A DNA stretch of 64,000 bases from Vitrella brassicaformis CCMP3155. Lineage: Eukaryota > Protista > Chromerida. The notes under the pieces are model-generated. The model was not told the origin of the DNA. It was given only the letters and a program-made list of their open reading frames with translations, and searched no databases. The stretch covers positions 614,613 through 678,612 of the forward strand of contig CDMY01000227.1 in NCBI GenBank assembly GCA_001179505.1, written 5' to 3'. This document shows, in pieces, positions 47,857-60,673 of the stretch (positions are counted from its first letter, which is position 1; each line of letters opens with the position of its first letter). A program made the position numbers and the translations under genes.

Positions 47857-49403
47857 ATGCTCTTGACCGGCCGCCTATCCCTTCTCCGTCTGCAGCTGGC
47901 CGCTCTCCCCATCTGCCAGAGCCTCGCATCTGCCCATCTCGCATCGATCTTCCGCCACTTTCACACATCATCGTCAACAGCTGAGTCGGTCACCATGGGC
48001 ATGCGCTGCGAGTGGACGCGCATAGGGGAGGGTGAGGGCAAGCCCAGCAGCCGCAGCTCCCACTCCGTCAACATCAACAACAACAACGTCTATCTGTTCG
48101 GCGGCGAGTCCGCCCCAAGAACACCCATAGACAGCAAGATCCACGTGTATGACCTCAAGAGCGACACCTGGACGACTCCCGTGACCCTCAACGAACCCCC
48201 ATCCGCGCGTCTCGCGCACGGGGCGGCATTCGCGAACGGCAAGCTGTACGTGTTCGGAGGGCAGACGTCAGTGGCGGCGAGCGTGGACATCGAAGACAAG
48301 GACAAGCGCGAGGAGGCCACACTCAACGACCTGTTCGTCTTCGACCCGGAGACCAGCACCTGGACTGAGGTGGGCATGGGCAACAGCAACAGACGGCACA
48401 CCGTCCACACAGACACACACATATTGCCATGGTTCTTTCTCCCTGTCTGTGTGCTGGTGTGTAGCTGACCAGCCAGACGCACGGCCCAACCCCCGAGCGC
48501 CGCAGCTACCACACCATGACAAGCTACAGCAACAAGATCTACCTATTTGGCGGAGTCGGAGTCAACGGACGGCTGAATGATCTGCACGAGTTCGACCCCG
48601 CGACCCTCACGTGGCGACAGCTGGCGTCACCTGACAGCGACAAGTGCCCTGGTGGGCGAGGCAAAGAATGGGTGGGGTGAGAGTGATGTGCTTGCATGTG
48701 TGTGTGTGTGTATGTGTGTGTGCGCGTATGACAGGGAGAGGCGGCTCGGCGGTTGTGGCCTACAAGGGGAAGCTGTACGTCGTCAACGGCTTCGCAGGTA
48801 GGTGCCTGAGACTGAGCAGGAAGGCGGCACGGCACAGGTCATCCACTTGCATCTGCAACCCTTCTCTTCTTTTTCCATCAGGCCACGAGAGGAATGATGT
48901 GCATGAGTACGACATCGGCAGCAACACGTGGCGGCAGACCGAGTGGACGGGCGACAACCCACCCAGAAGCGTCTCGGCTGTCGTCGTCGCTGGCGGCGGT
49001 ATCATCACCATGGGCGGCGAGGCCGACCCATCAAAACTGGGACACGCAGGTACAGATCACACCACAAGCAAGACACCTCCTCAGCACACATACGCAGACA
49101 GACGGCTCATGCATCTCCCTCCTCTGTGCAGGTGCGGGCAAGTTCACCGATGCCGTGTTCCATTTTTCTCCGCGTACGAACCACTGGACCCGCCTGCTGT
49201 GCGAGGGGGTCGGCAATGGCAAGATGCCGATGCCCCGTGGCTGGCACACGGGGGCAGCACTCAGCGACGGCTCGGGGCTGGTGATTTTTGGTGGCGTCGA
49301 TACCGACAACGCCCGCCTGGATGATTTTTGGAAACTGACTCTGGTGATATCTGCGTCAGAGCCAGTGGAGTCGGGCGGGCAGGTCAGACGCAATTACGAC
49401 TGA
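47857..49403 (+). CDS. Kelch beta-propeller protein resembling plant nitrile-specifier protein 5, with possible organellar leader; multi-exon
   Basis: PSSRSSHSV..NVYLFGGE, RSYHTM..IYLFGGV..GRLNDLH, GRGGSAVVAY..LYVVNGFAG-HERNDVH, RSVSA..MGGEADP..HAG-AGKF and PRGW follow the NSP5 motif order. Confidence 0.85.
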
Positions 49404-50534
49404 GTGGCAGGCAGACAAGAGGCAGGTCCGTGGGCTATGTGGGCTGCTATGCTAAGCGGTCGGGTGGTTTGAAGGATGGGTGGATGCATGTGTGTGCGCT
49501 GTTCCGTGCCTTCAGAAGTTGCTGTGCTGGTGCAGCGCAGCGGTGCATGTTTTTCGGTTGCGGGTCGTCTTTATCGACTCTGCTCACGTACCTCTGCTGT
49601 ACGTCTGTCTGTCTGTCTGGATGGGCCATGGGCGTCTTCTATCGCACCACGGCGGTGCTTCGTGATTTGTGTGTCGTTTTGGTCTGCGTCTGCCATCGAG
49701 TCGGATGCCTCACGGGCGGTTGACGGCTGATGAACCAGCTGTCGTCCAGATGACTTTTTGGCCATCCGACCCATGGCTGATGGACGCAGACCAAAGACAC
49801 ACTATGTGTATCACACACACAAGGATGATCCTGTCTTCTGTCGGCTGCTGATTGGTGGTTGGAGTATGATGCGGTTGTGCATCCGCAGGGCGTGTGTATG
49901 TTCCAACTACTCGGATGGGCTATTCGCTGATGAGCCACGGGCAGGAAGCCGACACTTCACTGCTCGTATCTCTTGAGGGTCTGGCGCATCAGGATGGTTG
50001 GAACAGCACCATATCAATGAGAGACGTTGAGACTCGCCAGCCGAGATGATCCGTCAATCCATCAGCAGCACCGAATGACTTGATCCATATGACCGCACGA
50101 CACAAAGGGCACCAGTCACACGTCACACCGCATCACTATCAATCTGTCTCATGGAAAAAAGACACGGCATCCGTCATTGTGGTGTACACATGGCATGCAC
50201 GCACAAATGACCGCACCAACGCAGCGCCACCCCACAAATACACCACGACCCACTCTCGCAAAAAAGAGTACCCACCAGAGCACAACCTGTACTTGTGTGC
50301 CAATGCAGCCAGCAGACAGCTACAGCCAAGGCATGGCCATGTCTGCAGGGCTATCTGCAGAGACCTCACGGATTTCAAACCGCAGCTCACCACAGCACTC
50401 GCTCCACCCATCAGGCCTCACCACAGCAGCCAGCTGCCCAGCGATATTAACACAGATAGATAAGGCAGCCAACTGAACACCCGCCACTCGCCTCCACCCT
50501 CGCCGCCTGCAGCACATCAGCACCGTCCCTTCCC

Positions 50535-50891
50535 TCACTCATCCTGTTTGCCCATGATCCTTTTGAACCGCTCCTCATTGCTGTAGTAGACCAGCGCCAC
50601 CACAAGCGGGATCACGAAGATGTAGATGGACCACGCCGCCACAGCAACGGTCAGGGTGCTCTCAGCGGGGAGGAAGGAGAGCACCTGCTGACTCGCCAGG
50701 CTCGACAGCTGCAGACGTGGGCTTCGTTGGAGCAGTGCTGCGGTGCTCCTGGACGATAACAAGGGAGATCTGCTGCTTGGAGAAGGCGCGACGAAGGCAT
50801 CTGCCGATGTTGAGGAGGCGATGAATAGGATCAGCAGCAGCAGAACGATGCAGGTGGATAGATGAGTCCGTGATGGTGTTGGCAGCGTCAT
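50535..50891 (-). CDS. Small plastid-targeted single-TM protein, copy 1 (118 aa)
   Basis: Signal peptide CIVLLLLILFIASSTSADA, then FVAP and an S/R-rich transit-like segment, then TM AVAAWSIYIFVIPLVVALVYY. The frame is conserved in a second copy. Confidence 0.7.
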   Translation of the reverse strand: MTLPTPSRTHLSTCIVLLLLILFIASSTSADAFVAPSPSSRSPLLSSRSTAALLQRSPRLQLSSLASQQVLSFLPAESTLTVAVAAWSIYIFVIPLVVALVYYSNEERFKRIMGKQDE

Positions 50892-51829
50892 CCGAGCGTC
50901 AGATCTCCGCTCCCTGGCGAATCGTGCGGCCCGGCTGTTGAGTGCGTCTGCGAGGAAGGCCAAAAGCGGCGCCGCTTGAAGCTGCAGAGCGATATGTTTC
51001 TCCTCCTGTGTTTGGACGCCTGGTGGGCGCCTTCCTTGACAGCGGTCCGTGTGGTGCCGTCGGTGCGCCACTCGTAGCTGTGAGCGAGCGAGAAGCGCCA
51101 CAGCCCTCTGACCGTCTCAAACCACTCATCTGATCCACACACACGACAGATAAGCACACACAGACAGAGAGGGTGGGCATCGATATCCGCTGCTGACCGA
51201 CCAAGGCTGGTGGCCGTGTCAGTGAGGCGTTTGTTGAGCAGCCGCGGCAGAGACGGCGCCTCGGAAATCACACTGTCCAACACGTAATACGTCTGCGCCA
51301 CGCACACACACACACACACGCAGAGAGAAACCACACAGCACACAGCCAGTGGTGAAGCAAGCAGGCATGAAAGAGTCCTTGATGGTCAGTGTACGTTTGT
51401 CGAATGCGTGACGTTGGCCTTTCGCGTCAGTTTGGCGATGATCCAGAGGTCTGAGAAGGTGATGAGTCCCCGCTGCTGCAGCTCCTCCATCTGCATGAAT
51501 CGACTGCACCACACACACTGCAAACACACACACGTGAACAATAGCGTTTGCCCTGCCGCTGTCTTGTCGGTTTGACTCACTCAGGCACCTCTCATTCATG
51601 CAGCGCCGATGAGTCAGTCGATTTAAAGTGCACTCAGGCAAGACAGCACACTCACTCATTCACTGCCTGTCTGTGTCTGTCTGTCAGTGCCGCGTGAGCA
51701 CATTGCATGATCCTGGTGTTCTCCAGCGGAAAGTCCTCGCCGCGATCGGCACTCATCTGCGAGCTTGGAGCGCGAGTGCGGCCCTGCCGGAAGGGATCTT
51801 GTGAGCGCAGCTGAGCGAGAGCGGCATCA

Positions 51830-54800
51830 ATGACAGTTGAGCGGGATGTACTCTCAGCGGTGGACCGGAGGACCTTCGCGGCGGCAGGAAGGAAACTGAC
51901 TGATGCTTGTGTCAATGAGAGAGTCACCAGACTGCAAGGCCGACATGTGCTCCGTCGGCTTCTCACAGACAAAGAAGCTCTTCGCCGCATACTGACCTGG
52001 CTGGTGGATGACAGCGAGAAAGAGACTCAGCTAGCAGCGGCAGATCTGCTCGGAGTTCTTGGTGGGGAGATCAAGCCCGCTCTTGCAGCACTGCAACCCT
52101 CTCAACTCGTGGATGTGGCTGCTGTCGTTGTGGATCTGGTGGGCCGGAGGCGGGCCGGAGAGGGCGGCAGCGGCTACTATGGCCCTGACGAGAGCCTCTA
52201 CGTCAAACACATCCTCGAAGCTGATGCTGCAGTGGATGTCGTGACCTATGTACGGCTGTTGCTTCTCGCCTCGGTGCTTCATGCTCTGCATGATGCTGCA
52301 CCGGACGAGGGCGCTCGTCTACGCGACTTATTCCTCGCCAGCCATCAGACGACCGTCAAGCAGTGCCTGACCGTCATGTGCACTGACGTTGAGGGGTCTG
52401 TTTCGCGTATGGCGTTTTCCGTCCTGGAATCGCTGCTGCTGCCATTCAACCCACCGCCGTCTTCACCCGAGGAGGACCTCACCCCTATCCCCCTACATCT
52501 CTCCCTCCCACTGTTCAGCCTGCTGGTCGACCACCTGCTGAAGCTGGCGGAGGGGGCCACCCACATGGACGCACAGAGATGGCTGATGGCGCTGGAGCTG
52601 CCTTTTCTGGTTGCCACCGCAGCCTTACAGAGGCAGAGCACATGTAAGACGCACAAATGCTGATGAGTGAATCGAGTGACCGGCCGACCACTCAGACACT
52701 CTGTGTGTGTATGTGTGTGTGGGGGGGTCCATCAGCCCTGCGCGTGGAGGACGTCAAGCTTCTCGTCGCACAACACCTGTATGACAACGTGGAGCTCATC
52801 GTTGGCATCATCGCCTCGGCAGATGGAGGGATGCTGGCTGTCGCGGCGGCCACACTAGGTGCCAACATTAATTGCGCCTTAAGACTAAGCCACCAGCTGG
52901 ACTTTCCCACCCATCTCTCCCTCTCGTCATTCCAGCCACTTCTCCTCAAACCCTCGTTGATCACGACGGCCAGCAGAGCGGCCAATGCCCTTGCTGACCA
53001 AGACGCCGAGCTACCGCCATCCCTCTACCCCGTAATGCTCAGCTGCTTGAATTCACCGTCCATGCTAGCTACAGGTTAGGCAGAATGGCCAGAGAAAGAG
53101 AGACAGAGAGAGAGGGAGGGAGGGAGGGAGAGAGAGAGAGAGAGGCGCAGGAGGGGACACAAAGTGACATGCAAAGACACAGTTGGGTGTGTGCTGTGTT
53201 TCCTTGCACAGGTTCAGGGGACACTGACGCAGGTCATCGAGTGGTAGAAGCTGTCTGCCAGCTGTTAGGCGAACCTGTGGCGCCGACACTCGTCGGCTGC
53301 ATCGTCGACGACCTCCAGTCAATGATCAGGTGAGCGGGGTGGCTGTCACATGTTCCAGGCGTGTGTCTGTCATGGGCTGTCCTGCAGGTGGGGTCATGAC
53401 TTGGTCACTCTCGGCAGGGCGACAAGAAACCCATTCGTCAACCAGATTGCACAGGTGGCACCGAACAAAGGAGTGTTCTGCCTTGCGGCCATACGTCGAT
53501 CGCAATGTGTCCGTGTCTGATTCTGTCGTTATTGCCAGTGTGAGGCCGTCCAGCAGCTGAGACGCCGCCGTGGCCTGTCAGCAGAGGTGAGGGCCGGAGT
53601 CAACGAGACCACACGACCAAACACATCAGCCGATGGACGCACAGATGCCTCTCTGATTCCCTCCTGCCTCATCTATAGGTCTTGTCCTTCATAGATTCGC
53701 TCCCCAAGACGGCCAACTCGGACAGCAGCTCAGCCACGACAAAGCTCTCAGCCCCAGCCAAACACAAGACAACCACTCACACTCATCATGCGTCAGGCCC
53801 TCGCTCGCCGCCTCGCCCATCGACATCGTCTGGCCGCCTCGATGGGCTGGAGGACGGCCTCTTCTCGGACGACATCGACACCTTCACTGCGGCAGTCAAA
53901 GACGTTGCTGGCTGCCTGCGGTACGGCGCAGTTGCTGATCCATTCCTCAAACGGCTGGCCATGAGGTTCGCCAAGGAGAGGACGGCTTTCCGCCGCTTCC
54001 TGATGCGTCTGGTGGATAGCAGCGGAGTGGAGTGCCAGGTGGCAATCGCGGATGTGCTCTTCTGCCTCCTCCGCAGGACCCCGTCGGATCGTGTGTCGGC
54101 GATCGAGGACATCTTCGAGATCCTGACGTGGAAACATTTGTCATCGGATGGAGGAGTGGGGGGCGACCTGGGGGGGAAGGTCTACAGCGTCATCGAGTAT
54201 GATATCGTCAGGGCATCGTCAGGCGACGAGCCGCTGCCCCGTGCCATCGATGTGGTGACATGTGCGAGACTGCGATTTATTCGATACGCTCTTGAAGCGG
54301 CCACCGCCCTCGAGGCTGCCGGAGGGCCCCAGCTTCGCGCGAGTGTCCTCCAGACCCACCAAACGACCCTCCGGCAGGCGATGGATGTGATTCGTGAGCG
54401 CAGACACGTATTATTGGCCAACGAGGCAGTCATGATGCTGAACAAGCTGTTCGAGCCCAGCCCCTTCGGCCCGTCAATTCAACTCGTGCTCGAGTTCGTC
54501 TCCATTTTCGTCGAGAGTCTGAAGCAGCTTGGCGATGACGAGACAGAGGGGACGAGGCTCATCACACTGCTGCTGGATAATCCCATATGCTACCTATTGA
54601 ACTCGCCACGCGAAGGTCAGAAAAGTGTATATAGATGCGTTCTATGGACAAGGCTGCCGTCCTTTGTGTTGACAGGCATGATGACGGCGTGGCCGGCCAT
54701 CAGGGCGGCTCTCAACACACACGTCTACGCTAACATGGACATGCTGGTGGACCGCATCGCGGCGTCCGATCCTTCCTCTCCCCTGGGCTTCGCGGCAATC

Positions 54801-55199
54801 CGCACCGTGGGAACTCTCCTCCAGCTCGCTCTCATCCTTTGCGTCCGAAAGAGGAAAGGTAGGCAACGGAAGGGATGGCGCAGGAGCGGCCGTCATGTGT
54901 GTGTGTGTGTGTGTGTGTGTACAGGTGGCGGTCCTCTTGCGCCTGATCGATTCGAGGATGCGATCGAACAAAACGGTGTGGGCAAGATCATGGCCGCTGC
55001 CCCTCTGCCGATGCAGTCGCTTCGTCGTCTACTGCTGGATGCCGCCGTCCGCGACAAGGTGGCCAACCCATTGCGCATGGACTACAGAACAGTGATGTCC
55101 TCCGGACCGGAAGTTGCGACTGCTCTACTAACGCCAGCGATGGCAATGATAGGTCCGTCAGTCAGTCAGTAGATCTTCCAGAGTCCCTCAACCACGTGT

Positions 55200-55232
<33 letters not shown>

Positions 55233-58200
55233 CAGAGGATGGGAATGCGCTGTCCTTAGTCGAGTCGGGGTTCATGTCGACCTTGATCTCCCTCTTGGAC
55301 AGCGCCGAGAGGATCAGGTCGATGGTGGTTCTCTGCATGTGCTGTTTGAAGAGCCTCATTCAGAAAGACAGGAAGGTCAGCAAAGAAAAATCACGGACCT
55401 CCCATGTCATTTGGACGAGAGTGCTGTGGTGCGTTTGTTTGTGTGTAGGTGTTGGGGACCGATGGACTGTCGAAGGCGATGTGTGACATGCTGCTCAAGG
55501 ACGCACAGGGACAGTTGCTCCTTCAAGGGCGGTTCGTCTTCTATGACAGTGACCGCAAGACGGCTGTCGACATTCTCAAGAGCATCGTCAGGTGAGCAAT
55601 GTGCTGCAGACAGGAAAGTCCGACGCATCATTGAGTGTCTCTGCTTGTGGCTGTGTGATGCATGGCAGCTATGGCAAGTCGCAGGTTCGCAAAGGCGCGC
55701 CGAATCCCATCGTCGGGGAGATACTTCAGGTGTGCACACCGAGGGTCGTGTGTGCTGTGCCTACCTGGCTGTCTGCATGTGCCACCATTGCAGCTCGAGT
55801 CCGTCAAGGCGATCCGTGACCCCAAGAACGGCATCGAGGTCTCACGACAAGTGAGCAACACTCCTCCACAGCACGATACTCTCCTCTTCACATCTTCCTG
55901 CCCCATCAGGTCGTCGAGTTCTTCAACTCCCTCGACCAGCAGCACCAGAAAGACACCCAGGCCACGACCGCCATGTCGGCTGAGCACTTGGCGGCCCAGG
56001 AGGCCAAGGCGAAGCGGATCGAGGATGCCCTCCTCAAGGAGGAACGACGCGAGAAAGAGGCCAAAGAGAAGAAGGGCAAAGACAAGAAGAACAAGGGCGG
56101 CAAGGGACAGCAGCAGCAGCAGCAGCAGGGGCTTGCAGGTGGGGATGCGAGCCCCTCCGACGTGGTGGTTGAGCCATCGGTGCCCTCCACTGCCGCATCC
56201 ACCAGGTAGGGAAGCCATCCAGCTCAGACCATGGCCGATGGAACTGTTTAACTCATGTGTGTGTGCATAGTCGGGTTTCTGCTGCGGAGGAGGTTGAGGC
56301 GAGTCAGCCGGAGCCCTCTCCGTCCATCGCTGACACGTGAGCAAGCCATCCACTTGACGAGATGCCCTGACACATTCGCTTCCTCTGTGAGCGAGGCAAT
56401 CTCTTTGGTTGCAGGTCTGGTGTGCCATCCGTGTCAGCCGCTGCGGGCAGCGATCGGCCTGGTGATGGCGGTGATGCAGTGAATTCGGCGGCTGATGGGA
56501 GCGACGGTGACGGTGATGATGAGGACCGCGACGCTATGCTGGTCAACTCGGCATTTGCACTTTATGCACGGCAACAGAGGAACGAGGGCAAGAAGAAAGG
56601 GGAAACACAGCACCAAGCCCACCGCGACGCCAACACCTTATCTCAACAACCAGCCATCGCGCCCCTCACTCCCACCAACAACCAAGACAAGTCAGACGGG
56701 GCAGATGGGCCGCCCTGCACCTGCCGCCAATCAGGACCGTTATCGCGGCGGCAACGCACCCATCCGGATGCCCGCTCCCATGTCCGGTGCTCTGTTCCCT
56801 AAGGGTCGCGTCAAGATGTTACCCGGCAATGGGGGGATGGCCCCTCCAGTGCCCAAGGGTTCGTTGATGCCGAAGCGTCCGTCGGTGCCCCGTCATCTGC
56901 TGTCTGACGATGACAGCCCGTCTGGGTCTGCGTCGCCTCCCGCCCGGCCTGTGGTGGCAGGGGCCTCACGACGATGTTTGCGCACCAGCCGCCCCCGCTT
57001 CCCTCTATCCCCTTCCGACTCCCGTTTGCCGAGGAGCTCCGCACCAGGCCATCGCTGCAGCAGCCCACTGGACAAGATGACCAACAGCAGCCGACACGTG
57101 ACGAGAGGCCGAGGTGACGTCGATTATCACAGCCAGGAAGAACTGTACACATTATTTGTCATTCGGCCTATTGTGTCATGCAGTCTGTCTGCTGCTGGTC
57201 CTTCGCTGAGTCCGTTCTTCGCCCATATGCCTGTCGGGCCCGCACCACCGGCTGCTGCTGCCGCTGCTGGTGGTCGTGGTGCTGGGGGGCTGTCGACTAA
57301 TCCGTTCCAGGACATGTACTGTGTGCCCCCCGCGCCGGCCTTTCGACCGCCACCCCCGCCGATCGATCCAAGGTAACACGGGCGTGCTGTCTGCCTATAT
57401 GAGCAACACTTCTATGGATTTCTCCTTGCCTGCTTTGCTGTGCAGCTCTCTCCATCCAATCGGTTCCCCTCTCCCTGGTAGCTACAATGGCGGCCCACAA
57501 GCGTCTGGCTTCTCGCCTCACCCATTTGGCTTTCCTCAGCCCTGTCCGTCTAGTCCAACGCCAGCTGCTGCGGCTGCTGCTGCTGCTAGTGATGGTGGTG
57601 GGCTGTCGGCTGACTCATTCTTCTACGAAAGCGGTCATGGTGGTGATGGCCTCGAGTATGATGAGGAGGGATATCAGCCACCGTCATCGAGCAGTGCAGC
57701 CTACCCCTTCGCTGCGGCTCCGACGGCCTGGGCCATGCAGGGAGGCAATAACGGCCCGTCCAGAGGGTACACAGAGGCACTGTGTTCCATGGCAGAGAGG
57801 AGAGTATCACTGTGTTCCATGGCTGCTATGTGCTTGTGTGTAGGTTTGGTGCGGTGGGTGCGGGTGGTTCCTCTGATAGCGAGCATCTGGTGGATCAGCT
57901 GTGCCGCCAACTCGAGCTGAAGGACCAGCAGGAGGCCAAACGGAAGGACCAGGAGGCTAAACAGAGGGCTCGTGAGGCCAAACGAAGGGCTCGTGAGGTG
58001 CAGGAGGCTAGAGAGAAGGAGGAGGCGCTAGTACGGCAGCTCCAAGAGGCGCAATGGACGTAAGGAAGGCACGCACGGACTCGCCCAGAACGAGCAATCA
58101 CTCGTTGCATGTTGTCCTGCCGTCAGGATTGCCAAAATGACGGCTCAGCAGTCCTCTCACCACCATCAGCAGCAGCCCTCGTCCAGCAGCAGCTCATCGG

Positions 58201-58604
58201 CCGCCCCTCCCCCGTCATCATTCGCCCAGCCACACCCATCCACACACGCCAGCACAACGGACCACCAGCAGCAACAGGATGGCGATGACGGTCCCGACTG
58301 CTCCATATGTTTCGGCGAGCACGGCCCATCGTCCGTCATGTACATCCCCTGCAGACACATGCACATCTGCACCAAGTGCTACGCCGACCGCCGGAGGGCC
58401 TGGCGGCAGAACCTCCCCCAAGTGAGGGCCGAGAATGCGCGGCGTGTGGAGGTCAACAAGGAGCTCATCAAGGAGGACAAGGAGCCCATGGCCATGCTGC
58501 CCGAGGGCTATCTGTGCGAGCAGTGTCAGACAGAGGTCGCATTTGCCTGGTCGGTGGAGGAAGTGAGCCGCTGGATGCGGCCATTCGTCACCGGCGCACC
58601 CTGA
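51830..58604 (+). CDS. Large protein: two tandem diverged ARM-like alpha-helical units, coiled-coil/low-complexity linker, C-terminal RING-HC finger
   Basis: In-frame splicing links 51830-53600 to 53680 onward (IAQ|CEAVQQLRRRRGLSAE|VLSFIDSL). C-terminal CSIC...PCRHMHICTKC...CEQC. The middle exon structure is approximate. Confidence 0.65.
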
Positions 58605-59251
58605 CTAGCATCGCAGTGATTGGCGTGCCTTAGTGGAGAGGAAGAAAAGGTATGTCTGTGTGGCGACTGATTTAAGCAAGACGTATGCGGTTGAGAGCTC
58701 TTTATGGCCAAGTCTCTTTCGTTTCCTTCACTGCATAGCCAGCCATTGCGTCCGTCAGTCAGTCAGTGCATGCATACATATGTACATATATACTGGATAT
58801 CCCTGCCTGGCTGCCTTGTCTCTTGGTCGCCTGCTCCGCTGACTGGCTGCAGTAGGGAGGATCACTCATTGCAATGCATCCGTGTTGGTGTCCATGTGCA
58901 TACAGACTTACTTACAGACTCCAACACTCAATTGCCCCTATTTGCCGCGGATCAGTGCTGTCAGGGTCTGCAACAGACCCGAAGCACCGGCTGCTGACTG
59001 GGCAGACAGCAGCTGGCCGACACGCTCTTCCAGCCGCTGTATGGTCATCTGCTGCTGGTTGAGCTTGCGTTCCAGCAGTAGCTGCTCTTGGGCGGCTGCC
59101 CAGCTGCCTCCTCGCTGACGGCGGGAGAGTCTGGCGAGGGAAGCGACCACACCGACCACTCCCACAGACACTCTGAGGACCAGAAACCCGCAGCGCCCAC
59201 CACGCCCACCACACCCTCGCCGCCTGCAGCCCATCAGCACCGTCCCTTCCC

Positions 59252-59608
59252 TCACTCATTTTGTTTGCCCATCATCCTTTTGAACCGCTCCTCATTGCTG
59301 TAGTAGACCAGCGCCACCACAAGCGGGATCACGAAGATGTAGATGGACCACGCAGCCACAGCAACGGTCATGGTGCCCTCAGCGGGGATGAAGGAGAGCA
59401 CCTGCTGACTCGCCAGGCTCGACAGCTGCAGACGTGGGCTTCGTTGGAGCAGTGCTGCGGTGCTCCTGGACGATAACAAGGGAGATCTGCTGCTTGGAGA
59501 AGGCGCGACGAAGGCATCTGCCGATGTTGAGGAGGCGATGAATAGGATCAGCAGCAGCAGAACGATGCAGGTGGATAGATGAGTCCGTGATGGTGTTGGC
59601 AGCGTCAT
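59252..59608 (-). CDS. Small plastid-targeted single-TM protein, copy 2 (118 aa; possibly spliced to a coiled-coil exon at ~59180-58938)
   Basis: Near-identical to 50535-50891, differing by about five residues. Confidence 0.7.
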   Translation of the reverse strand: MTLPTPSRTHLSTCIVLLLLILFIASSTSADAFVAPSPSSRSPLLSSRSTAALLQRSPRLQLSSLASQQVLSFIPAEGTMTVAVAAWSIYIFVIPLVVALVYYSNEERFKRMMGKQNE

Positions 59609-59741
59609 CCGAGCGTCAGATCTCCGCTTCCCTCTCACCTTGGCCCCGTGGATGATCGCACATTGGGGCCCCGCAATCTTAGCGAGCATCTGCTGATCTC
59701 TCTCTCTGTGGCTTGGCGGCGACATCAGGTTGTTGTCCAGG

Positions 59742-60673
59742 ATGATGTTTCTGAAGCGCTTCTTCCCTGCCAAGCCCAAACATCAGGACTTTGACGCGCC
59801 CGAGGACCTCAAAGTCAAGTGTGCTCTCGTCGGCAACGCCAAATCAGGCAAAACAGGTGACGATAGAACAGAGCAGCACCGTGCCAATGCCATTCTGCCA
59901 CCCATCTCCATCATTCAGCGGTATTCAAGCGGTATCTGATCAATGAATTCGACGATGAGTACATCCACACGGAGAAGGCGCAGCTGGGCTCCCGTGTGTG
60001 TCTGATCAACGAGCCGCTGCTGGCCACTCTGACAGTTGAGCTGTGGGACACCCCCGAGGTCATTGAGGACCCCAACCAGATACACAGGGTCTTCAGCGAC
60101 GCACACGTGCTGGTCATCTGTGTGGACGTCTTGTCGGGCGGCGTGGTGGACTTTGTCAATGCGTGGATAGAGAACGAGCTCGTGCAGTACTACGTCAAGG
60201 AGAACCAGCCGATCATATGCGCACTCATCACCAAGGTGAGCCGTTCAAAAGAGAGAGGGAGACATTCTCTCTTACCTTGTGTCTCTTCTTCTCGTGTGTT
60301 CAGTGCGATTTCTGTGCCCCGTCCCAATTAGAGAGCCTTGCCGTCGAGCTGGACGAGCTGGTGCGGGACCCCAACAAGTCCCTCGACCTCTGGGTGGCCG
60401 TGTCAGCCAAAGACAAGTCAAACCTGGAAGGACAAACGTACGCACACGAGACACAGAGGGAGGGAGGGAGGGAGGCAGGGAGGGAGGAAGACACATGTCT
60501 CTGCGCTTGGTTGTGTCGTCAGGGACATCTTCAAGCGTCTCTCTCGGATGATCTTGATGCGCATAGTCGAGGAGCGGCATCGGCTGCGACACCAGGTGTC
60601 GTACGACGCCAACAGGGGCGACTTTGAGCTCCTGCACCAAGCACTCTTCAAGAAGAAATCCACCAGAAAGTGA
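59742..60673 (+). CDS. Atypical Rab-like small GTPase, 4 exons
   Basis: KCALVGNAKSGKT (G1), VELWDTP (G3-like), ITK|CD (G4), VSAKDKSNLE (G5); no C-terminal Cys. Confidence 0.8.

Noticed and set aside
50900-51760. Short coding-like minus-strand fragments (QTYYVLDSVISEAP..., QMEELQQRGLITF...)
   Set aside because: I could not assemble a consistent gene model or recognise homology; possibly a real small gene.
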